A stretch of 63,261 bases of DNA, filler included, from Octopus bimaculoides (Eukaryota): NCBI RefSeq assembly GCF_001194135.2. It is 4 parts of 4 records of this genome, joined end to end, with 100 filler letters (N's around TTAATTAATTAA, not from the genome) between each part and the next. Parts side by side here need not be neighbours in the genome. Positions count along the whole stretch, not along the records: positions 1 to 31,323 come from NC_068999.1; positions 31,424 to 56,889 come from NC_068985.1; 2 more parts are not named here. One strand, written 5' to 3'. The notes beneath the pieces are model-generated. The model made no database searches. It was not told the DNA's origin and saw nothing but the letters and a program-made list of their open reading frames with translations. Below are positions 28,165-40,413 of the stretch, piece after piece; the first letter of the stretch is position 1; each line of letters begins with the position of its first letter. A program made the translations under genes and the position numbers.

Positions 28165-28226
<62 letters not shown>

Positions 28227-28345
28227 GAGTGGGAGAGTATGTTCATGTCATCAAAGTGACACTGGGGTAAAATATACGAAGCCCAGTATATCCGTCATGA
28301 CTACGCGCTTCATAAATGTACACGAGGCAATTGCATCACAAACAT
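28165..28345 (-). mobile_element. Retroposon 3' tail ending in (TAA)n
   Basis: A (TTA)n run abuts a unique 120-bp segment that I recall as a common octopus LINE 3' end; unverified. Confidence 0.3.
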
Positions 28346-28369
28346 ATGAATGTTTCAACCGTAGCGTAG

Positions 28370-28580
28370 AAATTATTTGAAAATAACCGAAATTGAAGAT
28401 GCTTGGCAGGCTTATCAAACGAACTCACAATAAATTCATGCGATCTGGGATTATTGTAAAAAGGGAGAAACCGGTTAAAAGATTGCATGTGCTCGCCATC
28501 AATCAGTGCAGTATTGGCTAGACAACTCTCTTTACACTTTTTCGAGATCAGTGAATTTTCGTCACTGGAAAAAAGATATA
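28370..28580 (+). mobile_element. Possible degraded PLE ORF C-terminus directly upstream of a hammerhead
   Basis: AWQAYQTNS, SCDLGLL*K and SRSVNFRHWKK resemble the PLE terminal A.PY...C.LCL.EK ... CRH..K pattern. Confidence 0.35.
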
Positions 28581-28624
28581 TGTATTTGCATTGGGAGCCC
28601 TTCACATCGAAGATCGGTGATTGC

Positions 28625-28669
28625 CGTACGCTGACGTAGGGTAAATACCCAGAAACCCGGGTCCGTGCG
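28625..28669 (+). ncRNA. Type I hammerhead ribozyme motif (A9>U variant) in an extended helix I
   Basis: cgtacg-CTGACGT-agggtaaataccca-GAAAC-CCGG-GTC-cgtgcg. Helix II gggt/accc, palindromic helix III ACCCGGGT. Helix I extends through gtgat/atcac and catcg/cgatg. Confidence 0.75.
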
Positions 28670-29470
28670 TATCACGTCAGATCGACGATGGGAAGGATGA
28701 CTTCCCTTTGCAAATACCGACAGGGCACAGATAGTGTGTCAATAGCTAGCTGGAGGAGATGTTCTCCTGGGGCTAAAAGCTACAATAGCATTCACTCTTA
28801 GGGGTTAGCCACATTTAAGTGGCACATATACTTCACGTTGTAAAACTTATATTGACCAGCAAATCAAATTGCTTGATGGTTTATACAATCATGTGTGAGG
28901 TCATGTGGGCGTGCGCATGTATGCATGCAACATTTATATATATCCCTATATATTAATATACAAATATAAGCTTATATATGTATAAAAATATATGTATACA
29001 CTTATGTATATGTATGTATATGTATATACATATGTATATGTATGTATATGTATATACATATGTATATATACATATATATACTTATATATGTTAATATATA
29101 TGTGCGCGCGCGCGTGTGTATGCTTGTTAAAAATTAAGCGTGTCCACGCCATATGTTAGTTATAATTGTGCAAATTTTAGGTTCAAAAAGGCTTCCACAA
29201 CACCTGATTGACAATCTTCTCCCTACGAGCATGACCAAAGACAAGCCAAGTCAAATACTTAGTGCCAATATGGGTCGTGGACAAGAAATGTAGAAACACC
29301 ATGATCTCAAGAGCAAGCAAATGACACCAAAGTTTTTCCAGTGCCATTCTCTGCATGTCTTTTTTCTTTTATGAGAGTCACTTCCTCTTAGAGTCATGCG
29401 TAAAGAATGTTCTTAATGGTCAGTGACTCTCTTTCTCGTCCACGACTGGAGAGACATATACATATACATA

Positions 29471-29520
<50 letters not shown>

Positions 29521-30738
29521 TTACACACACACACATATATGTGTGTGTATATATATGCATGCTTATATATGCATATATGTGTGTGTTTGTGTGCGTATAC
29601 ATATATATATTATATTTATATGTATATGTAGATATATATATATATATACTACTGATGTTTTTTAATCAAATAAACCTTTCTTACGAAAATGGTTGATTCA
29701 GGATTTTAATGTAGACACAGATATAATACGACTGAACATAACAAGATAGTCATGGTTGGAACGCTATTTATCATAATTCGTTTCCGCTAGAAATAACTGG
29801 AGCTAAACATCAAACAAACAGCAGGAACAACCAGATCAAATAAACAACAGCAGCATATATATGTCAATAACAACATTCACAAAGATATCCAGTCAAGAAC
29901 AGAGTTCTATTGTGTAGATGTGTAGGTACAAATTAACCAGAACTCAAATAATTGTTTTTTATTGTTTGAGAAGTTTCGCTCTGATCAATCTATATCCACC
30001 CGTATGAAATATTTCACCTGCGCCTAACCTACTACAATCTAATGCCACATTGGCCAGTGGCTACTTTCATGTGTTTCCTTTTTGCTTTTGTTTTTTTTTT
30101 TCATTTTATTTTCGTTTGGTTGTGTTTTCTCTTTCATCTCTTTAAACTCAGACCCTGCTGTTTGGAATGTGTGTGCANNNNNNNNNNNNNNNNNNNNNNN
30201 NNNNNNNNNNNNNNNNNNNNNNNNNNNNNNNNNNNNNNNNNNNNNNNNNNNNNNNNNNNNNNNNNNNNNNNNNNNNNNNNNNNNNNNNNNNNNNNNNNNN
30301 NNNNNNNNNNNNNNNNNNNNNNNNNNNNNNNNNNNNNNNNNNNNNNNNNNNNNNNNNNNNNNNNNNNNNNNNNNNNNNNNNNNNNNNNNNNNNNNNNNNN
30401 NNNNNNNNNNNNNNNNNNNNNNNNNNNNNNNNNNNNNNNNNNNNNNNNNNNNNNNNNNNNNNNNNNNNNNNNNNNNNNNNNNNNNNNNNNNNNNNNNNNN
30501 NNNNNNNNNNNNNNNNNNNNNNNNNNNNNNNNNNNNNNNNNNNNNNNNNNNNNNNNNNNNNNNNNNNNNNNNNNNNNNNNNNNNNNNNNNNNNNNNNNNN
30601 NNNNNNNNNNNNNNNNNNNNNNNNNNNNNNNNNNNNNNNNNNNNNNNNNNNNNNNNNNNNNNNNNNNNNNNNNNNNNNNNNNNNNNNNNNNNNNNNNNNN
30701 NNNNNNNNNNNNNNNNNNNNNNNNNNNNNNNNNNNNNN

Positions 30739-30770
<32 letters not shown>

Positions 30771-31323
30771 CACATAGAGAGAGAGGGCGACTCACATTTC
30801 CACACGTTTGTGATTGTGTGTGTGCGTGTGTTATGTATGTCTGTCTGTGTACGTGTGTATCTGTGTGTGTGTGTCTAAATGCGTGTGAGGGAAGGGAGGT
30901 GAGAAAGATTGAAAGAAATAACGAAAGAGAAAAAAAAGAAAAGAGTGAGATATGTTGATAATTTTGTGGCATTGTATTCAGATTCACTGAAGTGTGACCA
31001 CACCAGAATTTCTTACAATGAAGGACAGGTCAGTAAGCAGGTGAAAATCACAAGAAATGACAAGACCAGTTGACTGGACACCGAAAGATATATATGTTCG
31101 CCTTCCCACTTCTGTTTTGTTTTTTTTATTTTTGCTCTCATGTTCCTTATTTCGACCTCGTCATCATCAGCGTCATCATCACCATGGCTGTCATCAACAA
31201 CCATACTTCTACAAACAACAACAGAAATAAAGCATTGCCTCAAAAGTCGTAGCAGAGGTTGAAATAATATGAACAATAACAAAATAATTAAATAAATAAA
31301 CACACACACACACACACACACAC

Positions 31324-31423
31324 NNNNNNNNNNNNNNNNNNNNNNNNNNNNNNNNNNNNNNNNNNNNTTAATTAATTAANNNNNNNNNNNNNNNNNNNNN
31401 NNNNNNNNNNNNNNNNNNNNNNN
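31324..31423. other. Artificial 100-bp scaffold spacer N44-TTAATTAATTAA-N44
   Basis: Identical layout at 56890-56989 and 59966-60065. Confidence 0.95.
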
Positions 31424-31514
31424 GTTCTATAACACAAAATAGATAAGTATACGAAGTTTGAAAGTCTTTCGGTACCAAAAATACTACATGAAACATAAAT
31501 GAAAACTGGTGCCC

Positions 31515-31676
31515 CCGTTTTGAACTAAATCCTACAGCAGGGTTCGCCACCATCCCCTGCCGGAGCTTCTAGATGTTTTCGCTCAATAAACACTCACAAC
31601 GCCCGGTCTGGAAACCGAAACCGCGATCCTATGACCGCGAGTCCGCGGCCCTAACCACTGGGCCATTGCGCCTCCA
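31515..31676 (-). mobile_element. SINE family C, 5' half
   Basis: cagcagggttcgccaccatcccctgccggagc...gccctaaccactgggccattgcgcctcc. Confidence 0.85.
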
Positions 31677-32260
31677 CTATGGGTATATAGTAAAAAACTT
31701 GCTTCTCCGCGCATGCGTTGGTCAGTATTTTTTTTTTTTTTGCACTGCTAGGAGTCACGACGCCGTACACCAACGTCGTGAATTATTGAACATGTGACGC
31801 ACAACGACAACGTAAGACATTTGTTTTTGGGGGATTCAGTGGGGTTTTGTTGCTCGTGTTTTCTTATTTTGTCGAACAAGAAATCTCCACTGAATTCCGG
31901 GCAAATTGTTTGCCTGTAGTTGTGCTTAGAAGTCTCCCTTAGCGGTGAGAAGTGTGCTTTGGGAGCGTATCCCTCCTCCTATAATTGTGCTTATTTTTTT
32001 ACCAGTTTTTAGTGAAATTGTTGTGTGACTGTTTTGTAAAAAGAAATTGAATGGTGAAACTATCTTTACGTTTTCTGAAAAAGCAATGTTTTGGACTTAC
32101 AACACTTTTGCATAATAGCAACGATATATATAACCACAAAAGAGACCGATAGAATAACTACCAGGTTTTGAATCAAATGTCCTGGGATCAATTTATTCGA
32201 CAAAAACCCCTCAAGGCGGCCGCAGTCAAATGACTGAAACAAGTAAAAGATAAAAGATAA

Positions 32261-32297
<37 letters not shown>

Positions 32298-33063
32298 GCA
32301 AGAGACTTAGGGGTTGAGGATTCAACCCACTAAGGGATAGTATCTATCCAATATACTGCTGGGAGGGTACCCAATTATTGTTACACTAGTGTACAAAATA
32401 AATTAATTAATTCAATGGAATACACTGTCTGCAAGTCGATGGATACCGCATATTCTCCTCCATTTTCTTATTGCTATATATATAGTGAAAATCATAATAA
32501 AACATCCCCCACGATCACTTATAATCATTTGTATGTATATTTAGAGGCAACGAAAGTTATAAGCGAGTAAGGGATACAAAAGAAATTTTACAAAATCGTG
32601 TACCTATAAAGAGGCAATAAGACTGTATAACAGTACAAAACTGCAGAGACAGAAAAAAGAAAAGTGTGTATATCATCGTGTTATACTGGTATAGTCATAC
32701 TGCTCCACAATTAATGCAGACTTGAAAAGAATTAATCTAATCTCATAGTTGACAGCTATTTGTCAGATTTTCTAAATTCGCTAAACCGGTTGCAGTCAAT
32801 GAAAGCTGAAGAAATAATTCATGTATATAAGTGTTACTTCGAAGCACACATGGTTTAATGTAGCTTTAGTTGTGGTGTGTTATTTTGTCACTAATTTGTA
32901 TCAGCACGTACTTGACCAATTAGTAAGGGGAATTGTATATTATAAGAAAATAGATTCAACTAAAATATTCAGAGGCAAACTTAAACTATTTTATCAACAC
33001 CATGCAATATAAAATAACCTCGTTCGAGTGAGACAGATTATTATTCCTGACTCTACAAATGGA

Positions 33064-33500
33064 TGAAATGATGCTTTCAAATTTTGGCACAAGGCCAGCA
33101 AGTTCGGGGGAGGGAAGTAAGTCGATTACATCAATCCCAGTACTCTATTGTTACTTACTTTATCGCCCTCGAATGGATGGAAGGCAAAGTTGACCTTAGC
33201 GGAATTCGAAATCAGAATGTAAGGACTGACGAAATGCCGCTACACATTTTACAGTTGTGCTAACGTTTCTTATTTCTTTATTGCCCACAAGGAACTAAAC
33301 ATGTAGGGGACAAACAAGGACAGACAAAGGGATTAAGTTGATTACATCGACCCAGTGCGTAACTGGTACTTAATTCATCGACCCCGAAAGGATGAAAGGC
33401 AAAGTCGACCACAGCGGAATTTGAACTCAGAACGTAACGGCGGACGAAATACGGCTAAGCGTTTCGCCCGGCGTGCTAACGATTCTGCTAGCTGGCTTCC
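33064..33500 (-). mobile_element. SINE family A head-to-tail dimer
   Basis: Two units joined at gctaacgtttc|ttatttctttattgcccac (33259-33290). Confidence 0.85.
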
Positions 33501-34829
33501 TTAAATAGATGAAATATACATCCATAACTTGAGAATATTTTAACTATTTACATATTCTCTCCTACTTGTTTTCACTCTAGCAATGTTCGTATTTTTACTT
33601 TTTTCAGGGGAGGGTATTTTCTTTGTAATGTGAAGGGTGAAATTTCGGTGCCAATTGCACTTCAGGATTCTGTATTTGTGGAAATTATATTTTCTTCCAT
33701 CTTCTACGAGGGCAACTGTATAGCGCATTGTACCCTGTTATTTTTGTTTTCTCCGCCTACAGATGCACGTTTCGACATCTCCAAATCGGTACAGCTTATG
33801 AACAATATAGCATTAGTTTCAAACCATGGACACAGGAAATTTAGATGAAATAGAAGATCGCGCTGTGAAACCTTTGCCCACCAAACTCGATTCATCTAGA
33901 AACATTTAGAAGTTTTTCACTGTAAATGTTCTTAGTTGATCGCCGAACAATAATTTCTGCTTTACCAGCAAAACTTTACCAGCTGAAAGAACTTTTTCGA
34001 TGAAAAAAATTTAAATATCCATAACAAGCTATCGAAAATACATCACGGCTACCACGTAATTGCATTACTGCAATTTAACAGAATTATTGATATTTATATT
34101 ACTCTGAACATAAATATAAGATCTGTTTTTCTTTTCAATAATTTTCAATTTAACGATCATTATAATTATATGAATCAAAGTTTAAAAAAGTCTTTCGGTG
34201 AAAGAAAATAAATATTTTTAAAATCCGTAAAATTACATACGAAAATGAAAATAAACTGATTTCGTGACATAATGTATGTGTGTGTTTATATGTGTGTTTA
34301 TGTATGGGCACGCGTGTGTTTTGTGTATCTCAATTTATAATATTCAACTAATGTTAACTGATAATATAAAAAGTATTTAATAAAACTTTACGTTTTCTTG
34401 ATTTATTAGCAATACTCTAGTCAGCTGTATTTTTACTTTGAGTCATGTCTTTCTTAAAATCGTTAAATTTAAATTAATTGCAACGCAAATAAAGAAGTAA
34501 ATTTAGCTTTTTAGTAAAATGGACGTTAATAATACTGTTTAATTGCAATAAAATGTTTACGAGACAGTTTTTTTTCTCTCTCTCTGAAACGAGGATCGAA
34601 CGCTGTCAATGACGTCTACACCAAAGACAGAACGACAAATCAATTGCTTATTTAAATAATATATGTCCTTCGGGAAACATAAAATATATGGTATCCGTAA
34701 GACTAACTTAAAATACGTCCTGTTATATTTTCTGTACAAGGCCTTTGTGAAGTGTGACCCAGTTGAAGATAATCAATTTAAAAGCCAAAAGATAGGAGCT
34801 TATCTGAATCGCTCAATATGATGATTTCT

Positions 34830-35020
34830 AATCTATGCATAAGGCCAGTGATTTTCACGGAAGGGGTCGCCGATACAGTCATCCTCATTACTTGACTGGT
34901 ACTCAGTTTTAGTGACCTTGCAGGGAAGAAGGAAAAATTGACTACGGTGGAACTTAAACTTAGAAAGTTAGTAGTCGAAAGAATTGCATTTTTCCGACGC
35001 TCTAATGATTCAGCTCGCCC
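34830..35020 (-). mobile_element. Degraded SINE family A
   Basis: Diverged match to the A head and to the alternative tail. Confidence 0.5.
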
Positions 35021-36229
35021 AAAGCTCTTGAAGATTCATGTTCAGAGTGTGAGGTGTATTTCGGGATACTTAATTATTATCTTACACTATTCAAACCAAT
35101 GAAAGAGCTTTTTATTTCTTTCAAATACTCCATGGTTGATAAAATGCTGATACAAGATTTAAAAAGACATGTAGCCAATGTTGCTACATGTGCGGAATAT
35201 AGCGGTTTAGAAACTGCCAGATTTGTAAATGCTGCGAGATCTTTTGTAAACAACGGCCGGGTGATATTGAAAGCATCTTCCGTGAATGTTTCAACTCTAT
35301 CGGAGAGAAGAACCTTCAAATCTTTCGGGCACTATAAGACTACTGCAATTCATCCAATAAGTTCGAAACATTGATGATGATGAATCCGGGAAAATCAATG
35401 AGTGCCATCGCCAAAGAACAGCATATATGTATGTATGTATGTTCATGTAGAGTTATACAAAGTAATTTAACATTCAACTCAAGTACCCAATATTTATTAG
35501 TACAGCACATATATTATAATAACATTTGCAAAAGGAACTTTGACAGAGATTTACCAGTTTCGGCTTGGATACTGTCACCAGTGAGGTGATGGCCAGCAAA
35601 ACCCTAGGTCACAGTCAAACTTTTCACGCGTGTGTGTGTGTGTGTGTTGTGTGTGTGTGTGTTAGTGCATATGCGTATAAAGTTTTACAATTTATATCTC
35701 CGACTACTCGGTCCTACGCCATGTCATAAATCTTAATTGTTATATGAAAAACACCGATACTGAAGTCATTAATAAGATTACTCTCCCTTTGATATTTGAT
35801 AACTTTGAATTATGTACTGTGTTCAAGCGAAAACATATATATATTTCTAATTCAATTCCAATAAAAGAAAAGTCTGATGGAAGAAAATAGCACGTTGAAA
35901 TAAACGACATTTATGGCTTGCTGAATTAAGTGGTGTTGTCTCTCGCGAAGAGAATCTTCGCTAAAAATCTAGGCGTTCGGTGAACAAAAGAATATTTTGA
36001 AGTTTGAAAGATAGTCTACATAAGCATGTACTTAAGTGTTCAACCCTAGGTTTTTTAGCCACTGAGGGAGCCTCTACGTGATTGCTATCATATTGGTAAT
36101 GGTAATCATATCTATCTCAAGTGTGTGTCTGTGTGTATTGTAGACTCTTCTTTGTAGACAACAAAGGTAAGGGTTTTGCAAATTTTTAGTTATTAACCTG
36201 CATATATGACTTGTTCATGGTGATTAAAT

Positions 36230-36620
36230 GTTTCTTATTTCTTTACTGACCACAAGGGACTAGACATAGAGGGGACAAAAAGGACAGACAAAGGGGTTAA
36301 GTCGATTACATCGACTCCAGTGCGTAACTGGTACTTAATTCATCGACTCCCAAAGGATGAAAGGCAAAGTCGACCTCGGTGGAACTTGAACTCAGAATGT
36401 AGCGGCAGACGAAATACCGCTAAGTATTTCGCCCGGCAAGCTAACGTTTCTGCGAGCTCGCCGCCTTTCATTAGATTACAGCTGTTATCTATCTATCTCT
36501 TCATCGTGGCAGCTGCAAAAGTCAACATCGGCGGAATTAGAACTCGAATCGTAACAGCAGACGAAATACCGCTAAGCATTTCGCCCGGCGTGCTAACGAT
36601 TCTGCCAGCTCGCTGCCTTC
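36230..36620 (-). mobile_element. Two adjacent SINE family A units
   Basis: Full unit 36230-36468 and head-only unit 36510-36618. Confidence 0.85.
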
Positions 36621-39600
36621 GTGATTAAATGTTTCTGTTGTACTTATTCCGCTCCATCAACTTGACCTCTGTACAGGTGCACAATGTGTCACGTGTCAGA
36701 TGTCGAAGTGATATTTATTTGCATATTTACTCTAAACACGTCTGTGCAGGTTTCAGGCTCAAAATATGCTAGTCGCTTTATTACATGACGTAGTAGAATA
36801 ACTCGTCCCTTTTCAAGACGCATATTTTGCGTCCAAGACATGTCAAGAATAAATATCGTTAATATTGATATTGTTTCTGTTCACAGCAATGAAAGTCAGG
36901 CGCCAGATTCATTATGTACATATGTGAGTATATATGTGTACAGAGGTTAAGAACTAATTAAGAGAGTTTCGTTTGTGGGTGGGGGCAGCTGCCAAAGCGG
37001 TTGGGCTGTATCTAAGAGATGAAAGACAGAATGAGGCCCAAAAAAGGGGGGGGGGGGAAATAACGTGGAAATTGCAGTGCCAGATATCACTGAATATTTT
37101 TCTGAGGTGAATCGAAGCAACACTGCCATCACTAGAGCTGTCAAGAACGGTCAGCTGTTTTATTACATATAGAAGAGTCTCCAATAACTCTGGTTCTTTG
37201 AAAAAAAATCTGAACTGCATAGTACTAAGAATGTAAAAAGTTCAAACGGGGGAGGGATTTTCTTTTCCTGGTTTTCTGCTATATCTTATTGTCATTTTCA
37301 TACTGAGTTGAAATTGGAGTTAAGATAAAGTCTATATGCTACTAGTGAATGATGTAGCTGTTCATAAAGACAGCTCTGATGAATTCAGTGGATATTATGT
37401 AATATGTATCAACTTATAAATGAAAATAAGGAAAACGGACGTATACATACCTTTATCGACATTTGTACATAAAGTATCTAGGTTTATGATAAGACGACAG
37501 AAATGATAATTTTAAAACTTGCTATAATTTTAGCTTAACCATCTCGAAAGTAAATCGTAGGTTAGGCCTTCAAAGGACAACATGTGGGAATGACATGCGG
37601 AAATTGCAATTTGGATTTAAATTGATTAAATTTTGAACATCAAAGCAGATATGTAATTATTCTAGTGATGTTTGCATGTTTGGTTCTGAATGCACTCAAA
37701 CTAAATGATGTGCATCCAGGTCGAAATTCAAATTTTTCCTTTGTCAAATCCGCATGACTTCTCAAGATGTTATAAGACTCAACTTATGTATGAACAAGAT
37801 TATTATTATTGCACACAATATCTTTCCTTCAAATTATTATCTCACAATTCTAGTGAGTTGAAATTACATCAAAGCAATAAATTATATTTCAAACATAACC
37901 AGGCATCTTTAATTTTAGTAGAGTTTCGGTGTAATTTATTACATTAATAAGTTGTTCGGAAAGAATTCACAAAAGTAGCACATAAAATACAATAATGTTT
38001 TTCTCAGATAACCAGTTTTATTGATTTAAAAGCTTTCTCACGTCGTGATTTCATTCGTTTATAATTCTCAGCACTAATGTCTGGTCGATCCTATCTTTAT
38101 TTTCACTCGATACCAATTCTTTCGTAAACAAAATAGCAACAGCGATATCACACGTGACTAACAAAATGATGGATGCATTCTTTTCAAAATGTGTAAGGAA
38201 GCTCGTGATGATTCTATATTTTCTCTTAATCCAAATCTAATAAATTGATTAATTAAGAAGTAAGCTTTACTATAAATGTAATTCCTTAAAGGCAGCGATG
38301 ACGTTCTCTCTTGATAACTTCAGATTTTGTTTCTTCGATCGTATTTAATAGAAAAAAAAACATTTTTTTTTTTTTTTTCATTTTTTGAAAATCATTTTTG
38401 GTCATTTATTATTCTCTCTTTTCTATTAAATTCCTTGGTTTTCCGTTACTTTTTGTTTCTATTAAAAAAATTTTTTTTATTCATTTTCACTCCATTTCAT
38501 TTCATTTCATTGTTCGGAAGCAAAAATCAAGCACAATCACTGAAACGGCCATTGTTATGCAGGTATTTTTCGATGTTAATTAATCACCATTCATGTCCAC
38601 CTGATCAGTTGATTCGCTTGATTTGTATTTCACACGTGATAAAACTTCATTCTTCTCAATTGTTTGAGACTGAGTGGTGAAACGCTTCTTTCTAAATATG
38701 CAGGAAATTGTAACGTAACGCACAATTTAAAGATTCACTCATTATCATTTGTAATTTCATCATTACAGATTTTTTTTTTTTATTTATTCATTCATGTATT
38801 CCCTTCCATCTTGCTCTTCTCATTCCCTTCATTCCCTCTCCCAAATTCTGTCCTCTTTCCCTTTCTTTCTATCCTTGTATTTTTGTTATCTTTTGTGCCA
38901 TATCTTTATCTTTCATTTGAGGTTTCACTTTAATTATTGCTTGTCTTTTTTTTGCTATTATAAATGCTAAAATCACTATTGAGATCACAAGTACCATCAT
39001 CGAATCACAACAACGAGAAAAAAAAAACAGCAACAGCCTCCAATTATCATAATTCAATTTATATTCTACATTTTGCAGGGCGCTTTTTTAAAAATATATA
39101 ATTAATAATTATTGTTGTTAAGCTTTCAATTTTTGTTATTTTTATTCCTATACATAACGATAAGGGTGGCGGTAGCGGCAGAAACCTTATAACGGTGATA
39201 TCTTGTTCACTTTCAGGATCTTCCTGTCATCACAATTATATATTGACTTGTGCCATTATTATTGCTGTTTGCTGTTGTTGTTTTCGTTTATCAGGGGTGG
39301 ATGCACCTAATGAGCCTCTCGTATCGGAATATTACCCTGTTTTGCTTCATACAAAATTCTTTCCCTTTTTCGTTTTTCTTTTATTATTAACTTTTAATAT
39401 TTAGACTTTTCCTTTTTTTAAAATAAATATATATTCTTCAATTAACCTAGGGCTTTCAGAAAAGTGAGAAACTGTTTTTAGGTTTCTAAATATTTTATTT
39501 TATAAGCTTTGCTTCAGTAGCGTAACTTCATGGCTTAAGCAACAACTGGAGTAGCATCATGAGGTGAAAGTTGGTAACTCCAAAGGCAATAACAGTTTAT

Positions 39601-39936
39601 ACATCCTTAAGACTTTTGAAGAAAAAATAGCTGAAACTTGTGAAAATAAAAACACAGATTATATATAAGAACAATCAGAGAAAAAACTTAAGAGAACTGA
39701 TAAAAGAAAAATACAATCGCAAACTCAAAATCAGACATATGTGAGTCATGATCTCCTTCAAACTACAAAACGCAGCTCTGTGAGACTTCGTGCAGGGTCT
39801 GTATTTTCTATAGAATTGATGGTGCCGTATGTAATATATATGCAGTGCCAAAATCATGAGGGAGTGAGATCGATTCCTGGACCGAGCTGTGTGTTGTGTT
39901 CTTGAGCAAAACACTTTATTTGACGTTGCTCCTAGT

Positions 39937-40310
39937 GGAGACGCAATGGCCCGATGGTTAGGGCAGCGGACTCGCGGGCGTAGGATCGCGGTTTCGATTC
40001 CCAGACCGGGCGTTGTGAGTGCTTATTGAGCGAAAACACCTAATGCTCCACGAGGCTCCGGCAGGGGGGGGGCGAACCCTGCTGTACTCTTTCTCTCACT
40101 CTTTCTTCCTGTTTCTATTGTACCTGTATTTCAAAGGGCCAGCCTTGTCACACTCTGTGCCACGCTGAATCTCCCCCGAGAACTACGTTAACGGTGCACG
40201 TGTCTGTGGAGTGCTCAGCCACTTGCTCGTTAATTTCACGAGCAGGCTTTTCCGTTGATCGGTTCAACTGGAACCCACGTCGTCGTAACCGACGGAGTGC
40301 CAACAACAAC
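39937..40310 (+). mobile_element. SINE family C, full length, nested in a family D SINE
   Basis: tRNA-like head ggagacgcaatggcccgatggttagggcagcggactcgc...ggtttcgattcc and (CAA)n tail. GACGTTGCTCC is duplicated at 39922-39932 and 40311-40321. Confidence 0.9.
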
Positions 40311-40413
40311 GACGTTGCTCCAATCCAGTCAGCTGAAGAAGTGAGTTGCGACGTCATTAGTGCCAAGCTGTATCGACCTTTTTGCCTTTCCCTTGGATAA
40401 CATCAGTGGTGCG

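Noticed and set aside
28431-28568. Minus-strand exon-like segment (ttttttccag ... gtgagt, DENSLISKKCKESCLANT...)
   Set aside because: No protein homology recognised, and the plus strand is better explained as a decayed PLE ORF end leading into the hammerhead. Not fully excluded without RNA-seq.
37350-37400. agctg/cagct hairpin followed by CTGATGA
   Set aside because: No NUH triplet in register and no downstream GAAA.
39937-40010. tRNA-like sequence
   Set aside because: It is the head of a multi-copy SINE with body and tail, with no complete cloverleaf.
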